Origin: Flavobacteriaceae bacterium
Lineage (GTDB): Bacteria; Bacteroidota; Bacteroidia; Flavobacteriales; Flavobacteriaceae
Assembly (NCBI GenBank): GCA_965224465.1
Contig: OZ245049.1
Location: 840,001-872,000, forward strand
Length of the DNA stretch: 32,000 nt
Direction: 5' to 3'
Each line of letters opens with the position of its first letter. Positions within the stretch are counted from its first letter, which is position 1. Under the pieces are notes generated by a model. That model did no database searches. It worked only from the letters and a program-made list of their open reading frames with translations, and was not told the DNA's origin. Shown here one piece after another: positions 1-8,574 of the stretch. The translations under genes and the position numbers were made by a program.

Positions 1-175
1 ACGGTTTAAAGAAAAAATTCTGGTCTTTAGATTTCCAAGAAATCCCATCTCTACCAGCAAGTGAAATTAGCTCACTTTCTATATATTTATTGGTCAGTGT
101 ATCATTCTGTCCAAAACTATGAAACACAGAAAGCATTAATGTAAGAATGCTTATCTTTTTTAATAATTGCATCAT
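1..175 (-). CDS. partial CDS (N-terminal 58 aa only; continues past window start), secreted protein of unknown function
   Basis: Absent from the ORF track because the window edge truncates it. My hand translation of the reverse strand from ATG at 175 reads MMQLLKKISILTLMLSVFHSFGQNDTLTNKYIESELISLAGRDGISWKSKDQNFFFKP, open to position 1. It has a hydrophobic signal-like N-terminus. It lies 33 bp downstream of, and is co-oriented with, 209..1381. Confidence 0.35.
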   Translation of the reverse strand, partial: MMQLLKKISILTLMLSVFHSFGQNDTLTNKYIESELISLAGRDGISWKSKDQNFFFKP

Positions 176-208
176 TTTATTCTGTTTTTTGTTTGTTGTT
201 ATCATTAT

Positions 209-1381
209 TTAAAAATTAGGAAGCGCTTTATCTGCTATCTTTTTTATAGCAATACATTCCACTTCTATCAACCATCCAGGGCGACATACAGGTGCCAATA
301 CCATTACCTTAGGAAGGTCACAATAATTGTTTTCAAAATATGCTGCAATTACCTTTTTATCAGCTACGTCTCTAATATAAATGATAAGTTGAGCTACATC
401 ATCCATAGCTGCATCGGCATCTTTTAATAAAGCCTTTACATTTATCATCGCACGATCTATCTGAGCACTCACATCATTTTGGTGAACAATTTCTCCTTTA
501 TTATCAATACTTGCCGTTCCAGAAATAAAAATATGACGTCTATCTCCATAATCTACACTTGTACCACGTTCAAAAGTAACACCGTATTCGTGCGTTGGGT
601 TCAAATTTTCTGGAGCCACTAAAAATTTCACTTGTTGCTCTTTGATTCCACCAACACTATAAGCATCCATCAAAACATTTACATTCGGATTGGCATGCCT
701 CCCTTCTATTCCCGTGCTGGCAATAAAATGAGAATCAATATTCATGTCTAATTTATTAAAAAATGAAGATCGAGATCGTACCACACCATCGTAATTAAAG
801 TCAACATCTTTTACAAAAAGCCAAGTACGTATACAGTGATCTTTGATGTTCATCCCCTTCTTTTCTAGGCGTTGATTCAAGTCTTCAAAAACACCAAACG
901 TTTGATTATAAGACGTCAAAGATTTGTAATCAGAAGTCAATAGCGTAGACCAAACATGCGTATAACCATTTCTTTGAACTACTAATTCATGCTCACTTTC
1001 AAGTGTTTTTTGAATTGCGTTGTTCTTATCATTTATAACATAGGCCCATAATACGACCTTGGTATCGTTTAATGGAGGTTGTTGTACTACAGATAAAGCA
1101 CAGTTATGAACACCATTTCCTGCCCATTTTTTCATGGTAGTGAGGATGCTATCTTGATTTGCAAAATCACTTATAAAGAAGCGTGTAAAAACCAATGCAT
1201 CCTTTGGGATTGAAGCATTTTCCATATACGACTCCAGTGTATCAAGTAATTCTTTCAATTGATTTTCAAAACAATCAGTTTGGATTGCTTCAATCATTAA
1301 ATGAATTTCTTCTACGTTATTGTTCGAAAAAACAGCTTCACTTACGCGTGTTTTTTTATTTAAAATTTTATTGTATTTCAT
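209..1381 (-). CDS. RidA/YjgF-fold protein, FkbO/Hyg5-like chorismatase candidate (Rid family hydrolase)
   Basis: 390-aa ORF. The C-terminal part (IFISGTASIDNKGEIVHQNDVSAQIDRAMINVKALL...LIEVECIAIK) looks like a RidA/YjgF domain. The middle segment IRTWLFVKDVDFNYDGVVRSRSSFF...IASTGIEGR resembles the RiWnyi..I...Y..fN.gR / aTGIG blocks I recall from chorismatases. Its start is 2 bp after the upstream gene's stop. The family call is from memory only. Confidence 0.55.
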   Translation of the reverse strand: MKYNKILNKKTRVSEAVFSNNNVEEIHLMIEAIQTDCFENQLKELLDTLESYMENASIPKDALVFTRFFISDFANQDSILTTMKKWAGNGVHNCALSVVQQPPLNDTKVVLWAYVINDKNNAIQKTLESEHELVVQRNGYTHVWSTLLTSDYKSLTSYNQTFGVFEDLNQRLEKKGMNIKDHCIRTWLFVKDVDFNYDGVVRSRSSFFNKLDMNIDSHFIASTGIEGRHANPNVNVLMDAYSVGGIKEQQVKFLVAPENLNPTHEYGVTFERGTSVDYGDRRHIFISGTASIDNKGEIVHQNDVSAQIDRAMINVKALLKDADAAMDDVAQLIIYIRDVADKKVIAAYFENNYCDLPKVMVLAPVCRPGWLIEVECIAIKKIADKALPNF

Positions 1382-1383
1382 TT

Positions 1384-2814
1384 TTATAATGACTTCAAAA
1401 ATGTTATTAATGCGTCTCTATCAGTTTTTTGCATTTGTTTGAACAATTGCCTAGAAACATCTCCTTCTCCTCCGTGCCACATAATGGCTTCTACATAGTT
1501 CCTCGCTCTTGCATCGTGTAAAAATGAAGTATGACCATTCACCACATTTTGCAATCCAATTCCCCAAAGTGGTGTTGTTCTCCATTCGTCACCAGAGGCA
1601 TTAAACTGAGAAAAATCATCCCCCAATGCAGGTCCCATATCATGAAGTAAATAATCTGAATACGGGTGAATGGTTTGATTTCCTAGCCATGGCATATTGG
1701 TACCATCAATTAATTTCACCCCACCAGCTTTTGTATGTAATGTAGGCGTATGGCAAAGATTACATTTGGCTCGAAAAAACATTTTCTCACCTTGTTTTAC
1801 GGTTGGATCGTCCACATATCTACGAGCAGGAACACCTAATGAATGCAAATAAAAATCTACATCCCCCATATCTTTTGTGGTAATCTGAATACCATAATCT
1901 CCTTTCACTTGTGACTGTCCTTCTGCAATTTCGTGAGGAAAACGATCATTTGTCACTCCCATATCAGATAAAAAACCAAGTTCTACGGTCAAATCTGCAT
2001 GCTGCGCTTTGTGACCTGAAAGTCCCATTTGCCTCATGTTTCTTTCCATTACCCAGTTAACTTCTCCAGAGATTCCATATTCTGGGTACTGCATATTTGC
2101 CAAGGCTAGTATTTCATTTTGATCCAAAGCCATCATCAATCCCAAGCCTACATGCCTTAAAGGAGTTCTTACACTCATTTCTAAATTTTCTCTAGGAATG
2201 GCTTCTGCGTACCAATCAGTAATCGTATAATTGGGAGTCATTAAACTATACGTTTCACCATCGGCAAACGAATAAAATGATTCGTCGTATGTTACGTGTA
2301 ACTTTCCTTCTGGAGTAGATCCATAAATAGCCTGATCGTGTAAAACCCTTCCATAATTTCTATGATATTGATTATTTGGCGTACGCATAAAAGTTAAAAA
2401 CGCAGAAAAACCAAAAGGACCAGATCCTCCATCTGTTAACAAATGAGATTTTGTACGTCCTGCCCCAACGTGACAACTTCCACATGCATAGCCCGAATAT
2501 ACGGGACCTAAGCCACCACTTTCAGGATTCCCATCAGCAACTCTAGGCGTATCATACAATCCGTCACCCGACAGAAAACGATCCATCAAAGGTCCTGTAA
2601 CCCAATCTGAAGGCGTGTCAAATGCCACACTTGTAAAAGTAAATGTTGTTGAATTACCAGCCGACAATTCTGCTGGTTTTGCTAACCTCTTTCCTGGAGT
2701 GTATATATCTGTATATTGATTTTTCTCACAAGAAACAAGCCCTAAAATCGACAATAGGAAAAAGCCAAAAACATGACTTTTCCCTATTATTTTTTGTATT
2801 CCATTCTTCATCAT
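1384..2814 (-). CDS. di-haem oxidoreductase (DUF1111 / putative thiol oxidoreductase, cytochrome c peroxidase-like) lipoprotein
   Basis: 476-aa ORF with two CxxCH haem-binding motifs (YACGSCHVG and KCNLCHTP). It has a lipoprotein-type signal (LGLVSCEKN). It sits next to an imelysin gene, the usual partner for this family. Confidence 0.85.
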   Translation of the reverse strand: MMKNGIQKIIGKSHVFGFFLLSILGLVSCEKNQYTDIYTPGKRLAKPAELSAGNSTTFTFTSVAFDTPSDWVTGPLMDRFLSGDGLYDTPRVADGNPESGGLGPVYSGYACGSCHVGAGRTKSHLLTDGGSGPFGFSAFLTFMRTPNNQYHRNYGRVLHDQAIYGSTPEGKLHVTYDESFYSFADGETYSLMTPNYTITDWYAEAIPRENLEMSVRTPLRHVGLGLMMALDQNEILALANMQYPEYGISGEVNWVMERNMRQMGLSGHKAQHADLTVELGFLSDMGVTNDRFPHEIAEGQSQVKGDYGIQITTKDMGDVDFYLHSLGVPARRYVDDPTVKQGEKMFFRAKCNLCHTPTLHTKAGGVKLIDGTNMPWLGNQTIHPYSDYLLHDMGPALGDDFSQFNASGDEWRTTPLWGIGLQNVVNGHTSFLHDARARNYVEAIMWHGGEGDVSRQLFKQMQKTDRDALITFLKSL

Positions 2815-2822
2815 TCAGAAAA

Positions 2823-3932
2823 CTAATTTACGATTAGTGGACGTACTTTTTTATCTATAATAATCTTTAATTCATTCACTGCATCTATAGCAACGCTTAC
2901 TTGAGCTGCTTTTAAATTATTTCTAAACGGAGCAGGAATATCCGAAATAGCCTTAATAGCATCCGTAATCAAGCCTTTTATTTCAGTGTCTAATGCCTCG
3001 TTTTTTCCTTTTACAAAAGTAGAAATACTCAATTTTCTTGTCGCAGGGGTCGTCCCTCCTAAATATGAGTTTTCAATACTTCTAATGTTATTTTGAAAAT
3101 CTATAAGTGAGTTCCAACTAAACCAAGACTCAACTTTCAATACTTTACCACTCTTATGTGGATCTGCAATTTTTGAATTTGCAACCTCTTCAGCTATATC
3201 AATCATCCCTTGTAGAATTTCATCTACAGCATCAATCTGTGAAATATAACGACTTCCTTTTTTTCCTGCTTTTTTAAATTCAAGTCCATAAGGTGTTTTA
3301 ATCTCTATTTCTAAATCCTCCATTAATTTTTTTTCAGAAGCTCCACCATCCCATAAGGCCCATAATTTAATTGAATCATCACGTAACACCTCAGACACCG
3401 CAGACAAATATTGTTTTTCTCTAATAGTATATGCCGAAGCATCTCTATTTTTCCCCTCAGCAAACAATAAGTATTCTATGGTGTGAAAACCTCTTAATAC
3501 AGCTCCCAATCCATTCTGTACATATTCTGCTGTTAACACTTGCTTACCAGCCAATACTTGATCTAATTGATTTCTATCCAAAGGCCAAGAATCCAATAAA
3601 GGATCTAAACTATGATACTTTGCTGGACCGAACAAAAATGCTTCTCCCTTTTCCCAAGGAGCTCTGGTTGTTTTCCAATATTCACAGGCTGCATCCAAAT
3701 CTGCTTGTGAACCAGATATTTCAAATTCTTGTACCTTTGCTAATAACAATTTAGAATTGTCTTTCATTTCTACATATGTAGGGATAATAGTGTTATCCAC
3801 ATACTGTGCTAAAACCCCAGAAAAATCATGTTTTTTATCCACAGGATCACTTGTAGAATTACTATCACTACAAGAAACGAACCCAATGCTGCATAGCATT
3901 AACAGTACCGCAATTTTATTAAATACTCTCAT
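2823..3932 (-). CDS. imelysin family protein (peptidase M75 / IrpA-like iron-regulated lipoprotein)
   Basis: 369-aa ORF with lipoprotein signal (GFVSCSDS). It carries the characteristic GFHTIEYLLF (HxxE) block and the distal SWFSWNSLIDFQNNIRSIENSY block typical of imelysins. Confidence 0.85.
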   Translation of the reverse strand: MRVFNKIAVLLMLCSIGFVSCSDSNSTSDPVDKKHDFSGVLAQYVDNTIIPTYVEMKDNSKLLLAKVQEFEISGSQADLDAACEYWKTTRAPWEKGEAFLFGPAKYHSLDPLLDSWPLDRNQLDQVLAGKQVLTAEYVQNGLGAVLRGFHTIEYLLFAEGKNRDASAYTIREKQYLSAVSEVLRDDSIKLWALWDGGASEKKLMEDLEIEIKTPYGLEFKKAGKKGSRYISQIDAVDEILQGMIDIAEEVANSKIADPHKSGKVLKVESWFSWNSLIDFQNNIRSIENSYLGGTTPATRKLSISTFVKGKNEALDTEIKGLITDAIKAISDIPAPFRNNLKAAQVSVAIDAVNELKIIIDKKVRPLIVN

Positions 3933-3955
3933 TATTTATATATTAAATTAGTTAC

Positions 3956-5224
3956 TTATTTTTTTATAAACCAACTATTAAAGACCATACCTAAACCTAA
4001 AGTATGTTCAGAATTCAAACTTCCTCTATCAATTTTACGGCTGGAATAATCTGCTTTTAAACAAAGATTTTTCATTAAATAATAATTGACTCCCACTGTA
4101 AACACCTCTCTTTGATAGCGTGCATCTTTAAAAACACTCCCTTCTGTATTCTCCATAGTATTGTAATATTCGTACCTTACAAAGGGGATTAATTTTTCTC
4201 CTTCTTTATTAGTTCTAAACACATCGTACCCTGCTTCTATAGAGTACGTCATTGCGTTTTTTGCAACTGGTGTTCTCGAATATTGAATGTCTTTAGAGAT
4301 CGTCCTGTTAATTTTAGAAATTGCTTCACTATCAGAAATGTTTCCATAAATAAAATTAGCACGAACTGCTGCCCGCTTACTTTTATATTCTACATCCATA
4401 TTTAGAATAGAAACAGTTCCAGAAATATGCTTCATTAGCACAGCTTTTGCAGTATTTGCTGCACTATTCCCACAATATATAGAAACACCTATATTAAAGT
4501 TTTTGATAGCACTATTTTGAACACGCAATACCACAGCTGGATCTGTCATCTTTATTGATTCAAAAATTCCTTGCTTTCCATCTCTAATCCAAAAAGCAGA
4601 AGAAAAACCATTGGCATCCAACCCATTGATTAATTGTAATTCATACGACCATCTTCTGTATTTTCCTAAAACAGAAATCCCCGTTTCATGCCATGTCAAA
4701 GGCAACATACTCATTTCACCTTCTGGCCTCACCGAGGTAAAAAACTGCGTAGGTAAATGACGTCTATTCGTAATTCCTATAGGCACTATCATATGTCCTA
4801 TTTTAATATTAAAGGCTCTAGAAAAACTCTTTTTAAAATAAAATTGCTCCAATACAACCTCTCCTCCCTTTTCTACCTCCATCTCATATTCTCCTGATTC
4901 ATCATATTCCAACTCTAAACTAGATCCTGTTCCTCCATGTTCAAATTCAACCTCTGTAAAAATTTCGATGTCTCTTCGAAGTTTATAGTTAAACTCAAAC
5001 ACAAACCTAGGTACATCAATTAAAGCTCTATTGTCAGCTGGAGCCCCCTTTATTTCAGCATATCTATTTGCACCATAATCTAACTGTTGAAACAACAATT
5101 CTCCATAGGCACCAAATCTATAGGTATCATATAAAGGATTTACATCTGGTCGAACAATAGTAGTACTTTGTGCATGTATCATAAATACACATAGCAACAT
5201 TAAAAATGTGGTTGTTAATTTCAT
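3956..5224 (-). CDS. outer-membrane beta-barrel (porin-like) protein, first gene of the imelysin operon
   Basis: 422-aa ORF with a cleavable signal (FMIHAQS) and alternating hydrophobic beta-strand patterning throughout. An aromatic-rich segment lies near the C-terminus (MVFNSWF). It ends 23 bp upstream of the imelysin gene. Confidence 0.6.
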   Translation of the reverse strand: MKLTTTFLMLLCVFMIHAQSTTIVRPDVNPLYDTYRFGAYGELLFQQLDYGANRYAEIKGAPADNRALIDVPRFVFEFNYKLRRDIEIFTEVEFEHGGTGSSLELEYDESGEYEMEVEKGGEVVLEQFYFKKSFSRAFNIKIGHMIVPIGITNRRHLPTQFFTSVRPEGEMSMLPLTWHETGISVLGKYRRWSYELQLINGLDANGFSSAFWIRDGKQGIFESIKMTDPAVVLRVQNSAIKNFNIGVSIYCGNSAANTAKAVLMKHISGTVSILNMDVEYKSKRAAVRANFIYGNISDSEAISKINRTISKDIQYSRTPVAKNAMTYSIEAGYDVFRTNKEGEKLIPFVRYEYYNTMENTEGSVFKDARYQREVFTVGVNYYLMKNLCLKADYSSRKIDRGSLNSEHTLGLGMVFNSWFIKK

Positions 5225-5600
5225 CTATTCTTTTAAATATAGATGACAAAATTCAGCGTTTTATACAAAGTGAACAATCCCTAAATAGTGTGATTTTAAC
5301 AAAGTCATACATCCCCTAAAAAGGGGATATAAATAGCGCATAAACAATCTCCTCTTCTAAAAAACAAAACAGTCAATAATCTCTATAAACGATGATATAT
5401 AGTCGTTTACAGGAACAAAACAAGAACTACATTAACCAGAATTTGTCTAAATAAACATAGCCAAACCGTATTTTGTTGTAAAAACATAGTTAATGAACAA
5501 ATCATTGTTAAATCAAAGATAAAACCTACACTATTTATACACGTTTAATACAACAAAAACAGAATTTTAAGAGGTACTATTTGAACTATTCACCAAGCTT

Positions 5601-5760
5601 ATACCAAATACATTTTCAAGTGACGGTTTAGAAATGAAATTATTTTTTGTTATAGCTAGGCGAAAAACCTAAGGACATCCTTAGGCTACCCTTCTGTTTT
5701 TCAACAACGTTATAACGTAAAACAAACTATTTATATAGACCATGTTTGATTGTAATTGGT
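5601..5760 (-). repeat. copy A of a ~160-nt structured intergenic element (inverted relative to copies B-D)
   Basis: The reverse complement aligns block by block with 25943..26100, 26581..26740 and 31709..31858. Shared blocks are CCAATTACAATC, ATATAAA, GTTTGTTTTACGTT, GTTGTTGAAAAACAGAA, CGCCTAGCTA, TTCATTTCTAAACCGTCACTTG-AAATGTA and TTGGTAT. It lies in a 953-bp ORF-free region. Confidence 0.75.
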
Positions 5761-6177
5761 ATGGCTCATGAGTAAGAGATTTATTAGAAAGATTATTTTC
5801 TAGCGCAAGGGAATACCTAAAGGAATAACTCCCTTAATGGGCGTAAAAACCACTCACAAAACTAGACCGTACGTTATTGGAAACCTACACCTCATATCCT
5901 TTGTATATATGCGTTATAAAAAACATATATCCGCACATATATACCTCTTTCCAAACATATTTCAGAACTAGGTACTTACACTACAAAAAAAATGAATTTT
6001 AGAGTAAAAAAAACTTTAAATCCGTATTATAGACCGCTAAAATTAGCTGAATTGAATTCAAAAAAAAAAGTTAACAACCATTAAAATATGAATACATCAA
6101 ACCTCTAAATTTAAGAAAAAAAGCAACAAGCCCTATTTCAAAGTCCTTTATAATAAAAAATTATTATTTATAGCTGC

Positions 6178-6783
6178 TTATAAAGAAGGATTTAAGGACT
6201 CATTTATATCTATGATATTATTTGCTACTGCATAAATCACTAAGGCTGCTGTAGATTTGACTCCTAATTTCTGACTTATATTTTTACGATGCGTTACTAC
6301 TGTATGTATACTTATAAACAATGTTTCGGCAATTTCCTTTTGAGATTTACCTTGAGCTAAAGATCTCAAAACATCAATTTCGCGATCACTTAATGTGTTT
6401 TCGCTCATCGAATTCTTTTCAGATTTTAGGGTTAAGTATTTATCTATATCCATTAGCATACATTCCTCCGTATCATTTAAAAAAATACAGTCTCTAAAAC
6501 CATTGTAAAAATTCCTATCGTAATAGGTGGTAATAAGTCCGAGAACATTTACTTCTTTAAAATAGGCAGAAAACCGAGTCCATAAATTCTTAGCACCATT
6601 AAAAACCAATGGATTCACAATAATCAGATTAAAAGAAGAGTTTCGTTCTTTTTTTAAAACTTCTTTTACAGAAGATTTTTTCACAAAAGTATATAAAGGA
6701 TTCTTCGCAGAAATAATACTAGCTAAACCTTCCCTTATAATAATTGAAGGTTCAATAATTAATATGTGCATTTTTTTTTTCAC
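6178..6783 (-). CDS. LuxR/NarL-family transcriptional regulator with degenerate (pseudo-)receiver domain
   Basis: 201-aa ORF. The C-terminal LuxR HTH reads LSDREIDVLRSLAQGKSQKEIAETLFISIHTVVTHRKNISQKLGV. The N-terminal CheY-like fold has ILIIEPS where the DD acidic pocket should be. It has LIIVNP where the phospho-acceptor D should be. Confidence 0.85.
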   Translation of the reverse strand: MKKKMHILIIEPSIIIREGLASIISAKNPLYTFVKKSSVKEVLKKERNSSFNLIIVNPLVFNGAKNLWTRFSAYFKEVNVLGLITTYYDRNFYNGFRDCIFLNDTEECMLMDIDKYLTLKSEKNSMSENTLSDREIDVLRSLAQGKSQKEIAETLFISIHTVVTHRKNISQKLGVKSTAALVIYAVANNIIDINESLNPSL

Positions 6784-6790
6784 AACTTGG

Positions 6791-7483
6791 TTATTTTTTT
6801 TCTAACATTTCAACCAACGGAATTAATATGTGATCTTCAATCAATGTATGTACTTCCAAATCTTGTTCAAACTCAAACAGGGCAATTAAAATTTTACGCC
6901 GTATAACACAATCATTTTGAGGAGGTAAATACTGTATCAATAATCTTTTTAAATCATCTAATTTTTCCTCTAAATTATCGTGATGTTCTTTGTATTCAAC
7001 TACTGCGTAAGATTTCTTATCATTATTATCTCTTTGTTTATCTAATAAACTTATAATATAGGGAAAAGCAACCGTATTTTCATACGAAAAATGTTCATCA
7101 ACCTCATTTTTATACTCCTCAAAAAAACGTTCGAGCATTCGGTTTTCCGGCTTATGATTATGAGTACACATCGTCCGAATATTCTGTATAATATTTGGAA
7201 ACAATTCTACGGTATAATAAATATGAGACCTACAGAGATACTGAATAATTGCACGTATATCCAAGGTTTTAAAAGATGCTTTTGAAAGATACGAAATATC
7301 GTTGTGTAGATTTAATATATATAAGAAGACGTCCGTATTCACATTGCTTTCCTTGCAAATTGTTGCTATGTTTTTTTCTTTGACTCCTAATTGAATAGTA
7401 AATCTTTCAACAATTAAAATTAATGAATGATTACTCAAAAGTACTTCAGACATTTTCATGTCCTTATGGATTCTACCGTTCAT
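6791..7483 (-). CDS. hemerythrin-like (HHE cation-binding) domain protein
   Basis: 230-aa ORF with four H/E-bearing helices: SHIYYTVELFP, EHFSYENTVAFPYI, EHHDNLEEKL and VHTLIEDHILIPLV. This is the pattern of hemerythrin/RIC-type di-iron bundles. Alternative starts exist at 7459 or 7453 (MKMSEV). Its stop is 7 bp upstream of the LuxR gene. Confidence 0.6.
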   Translation of the reverse strand: MNGRIHKDMKMSEVLLSNHSLILIVERFTIQLGVKEKNIATICKESNVNTDVFLYILNLHNDISYLSKASFKTLDIRAIIQYLCRSHIYYTVELFPNIIQNIRTMCTHNHKPENRMLERFFEEYKNEVDEHFSYENTVAFPYIISLLDKQRDNNDKKSYAVVEYKEHHDNLEEKLDDLKRLLIQYLPPQNDCVIRRKILIALFEFEQDLEVHTLIEDHILIPLVEMLEKK

Positions 7484-7833
7484 TCGTTCCTTGAAATTAA
7501 TATTTTTACAGTGTAAAACTACTATAAATGTAATGATACAACAACAAAAAAAACAAAATTCTCCCCTGTTTTATATCTCCCTTAATTGCAGTTATTTAGC
7601 ACAGCCATAAATACACTTAGTTTAAGAAAACAGCAACAATCCCATACAAGAACTAAAAAAGCATAGCATCCCAAACCGTAATTTTAAAGAATAGATATTC
7701 ATCAAACCTCTTTGACATGTATTTATAACAACTTAACACACGGACAGTTACACCATTCCGAATCAAAACATATTGACCTACATATTTTATCTTAACATTT
7801 GAATAAAACAGGTCTGTTTTTTAACGGTTGTAT

Positions 7834-8574
7834 CTATTCAAAGTATTTCCTTGCTGCCTCCAAATCTTCTGGTGTATCAATTCCTATAGCGATTTGATTT
7901 GTTTCAACCATTTTCACTTTTAAATCATGTGCTAAAAAGCGAAGGTTCTCAAGTTTTTCTGTAGCTTCTAACATGGTCATAGGTGTTTTCGTAAAATCTA
8001 ATAAAGCTTGTTTACGAAATGCATAAATTCCAATATGCTTGAACCAACTCCCTTTCTTTTCATCTCTGGGATATGGAATAGGGCTTCGAGAAAAATACAT
8101 AGCAAAATCATTGGCATCCGTTACCACCTTAACATTGTTTGGATTTTGAATCTCTCCCAAATCCAATAATTCAATTTTTAATGATGCCACATCAATTTTT
8201 GCAGCATCCTTTTGATCAAAAACACGCAATAATTTTTCTAAGGATTCCTTCTGTGTAAAAGGTTCATCACCTTGAACATTCACTACAATATCCACATCTA
8301 GATCTACAATTACCTCTGCAATTCGGTCGCTCCCAGATTCGTGATCTGACCTGCTTTTAAGAGCTTTTCCTCCGTTTTTTACAATTTCTTGAAATATAAT
8401 ATCAGAATCTGTCACCACATAGACATCCTCAAAAAGACAGGTGTTTTTAGTGGCTTCATAAGTCCGTTGAATCACGGACATTCCACCAAGATCTTTCATT
8501 AATTTACCAGGAAATCGACTTGCCTCATAGCGGGCAGGAATCATGGCTATAATTTTATTTTTTTGCATTTTCAT
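7834..8574 (-). CDS. kdsB: 3-deoxy-manno-octulosonate cytidylyltransferase (CMP-KDO synthetase)
   Basis: 246-aa ORF with [34 protein letters not shown] and VNVQGDEPF motifs typical of KdsB. Confidence 0.9.
   Translation of the reverse strand: MKMQKNKIIAMIPARYEASRFPGKLMKDLGGMSVIQRTYEATKNTCLFEDVYVVTDSDIIFQEIVKNGGKALKSRSDHESGSDRIAEVIVDLDVDIVVNVQGDEPFTQKESLEKLLRVFDQKDAAKIDVASLKIELLDLGEIQNPNNVKVVTDANDFAMYFSRSPIPYPRDEKKGSWFKHIGIYAFRKQALLDFTKTPMTMLEATEKLENLRFLAHDLKVKMVETNQIAIGIDTPEDLEAARKYFE

Noticed and set aside
7805-7822. Hairpin AAAACA-GGTC-TGTTTT downstream of kdsB as a terminator
   Set aside because: The stem is 6 bp of mostly A-T pairs. The T-run follows the hairpin only on the plus strand, where no upstream gene would use it. 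It is too weak to call.
5225-7833. tRNA, riboswitch or other known RNA in the ORF-free spacers (5225..6177, 7484..7833, 25517..26939, 31531..31700)
   Set aside because: I saw no tRNA T-arm (GTTCGAATC-like) or acceptor pattern. I also recognised no core motifs of the common riboswitches (TPP, cobalamin, SAM, FMN). This is visual inspection only, and a cmscan would be needed to exclude them.
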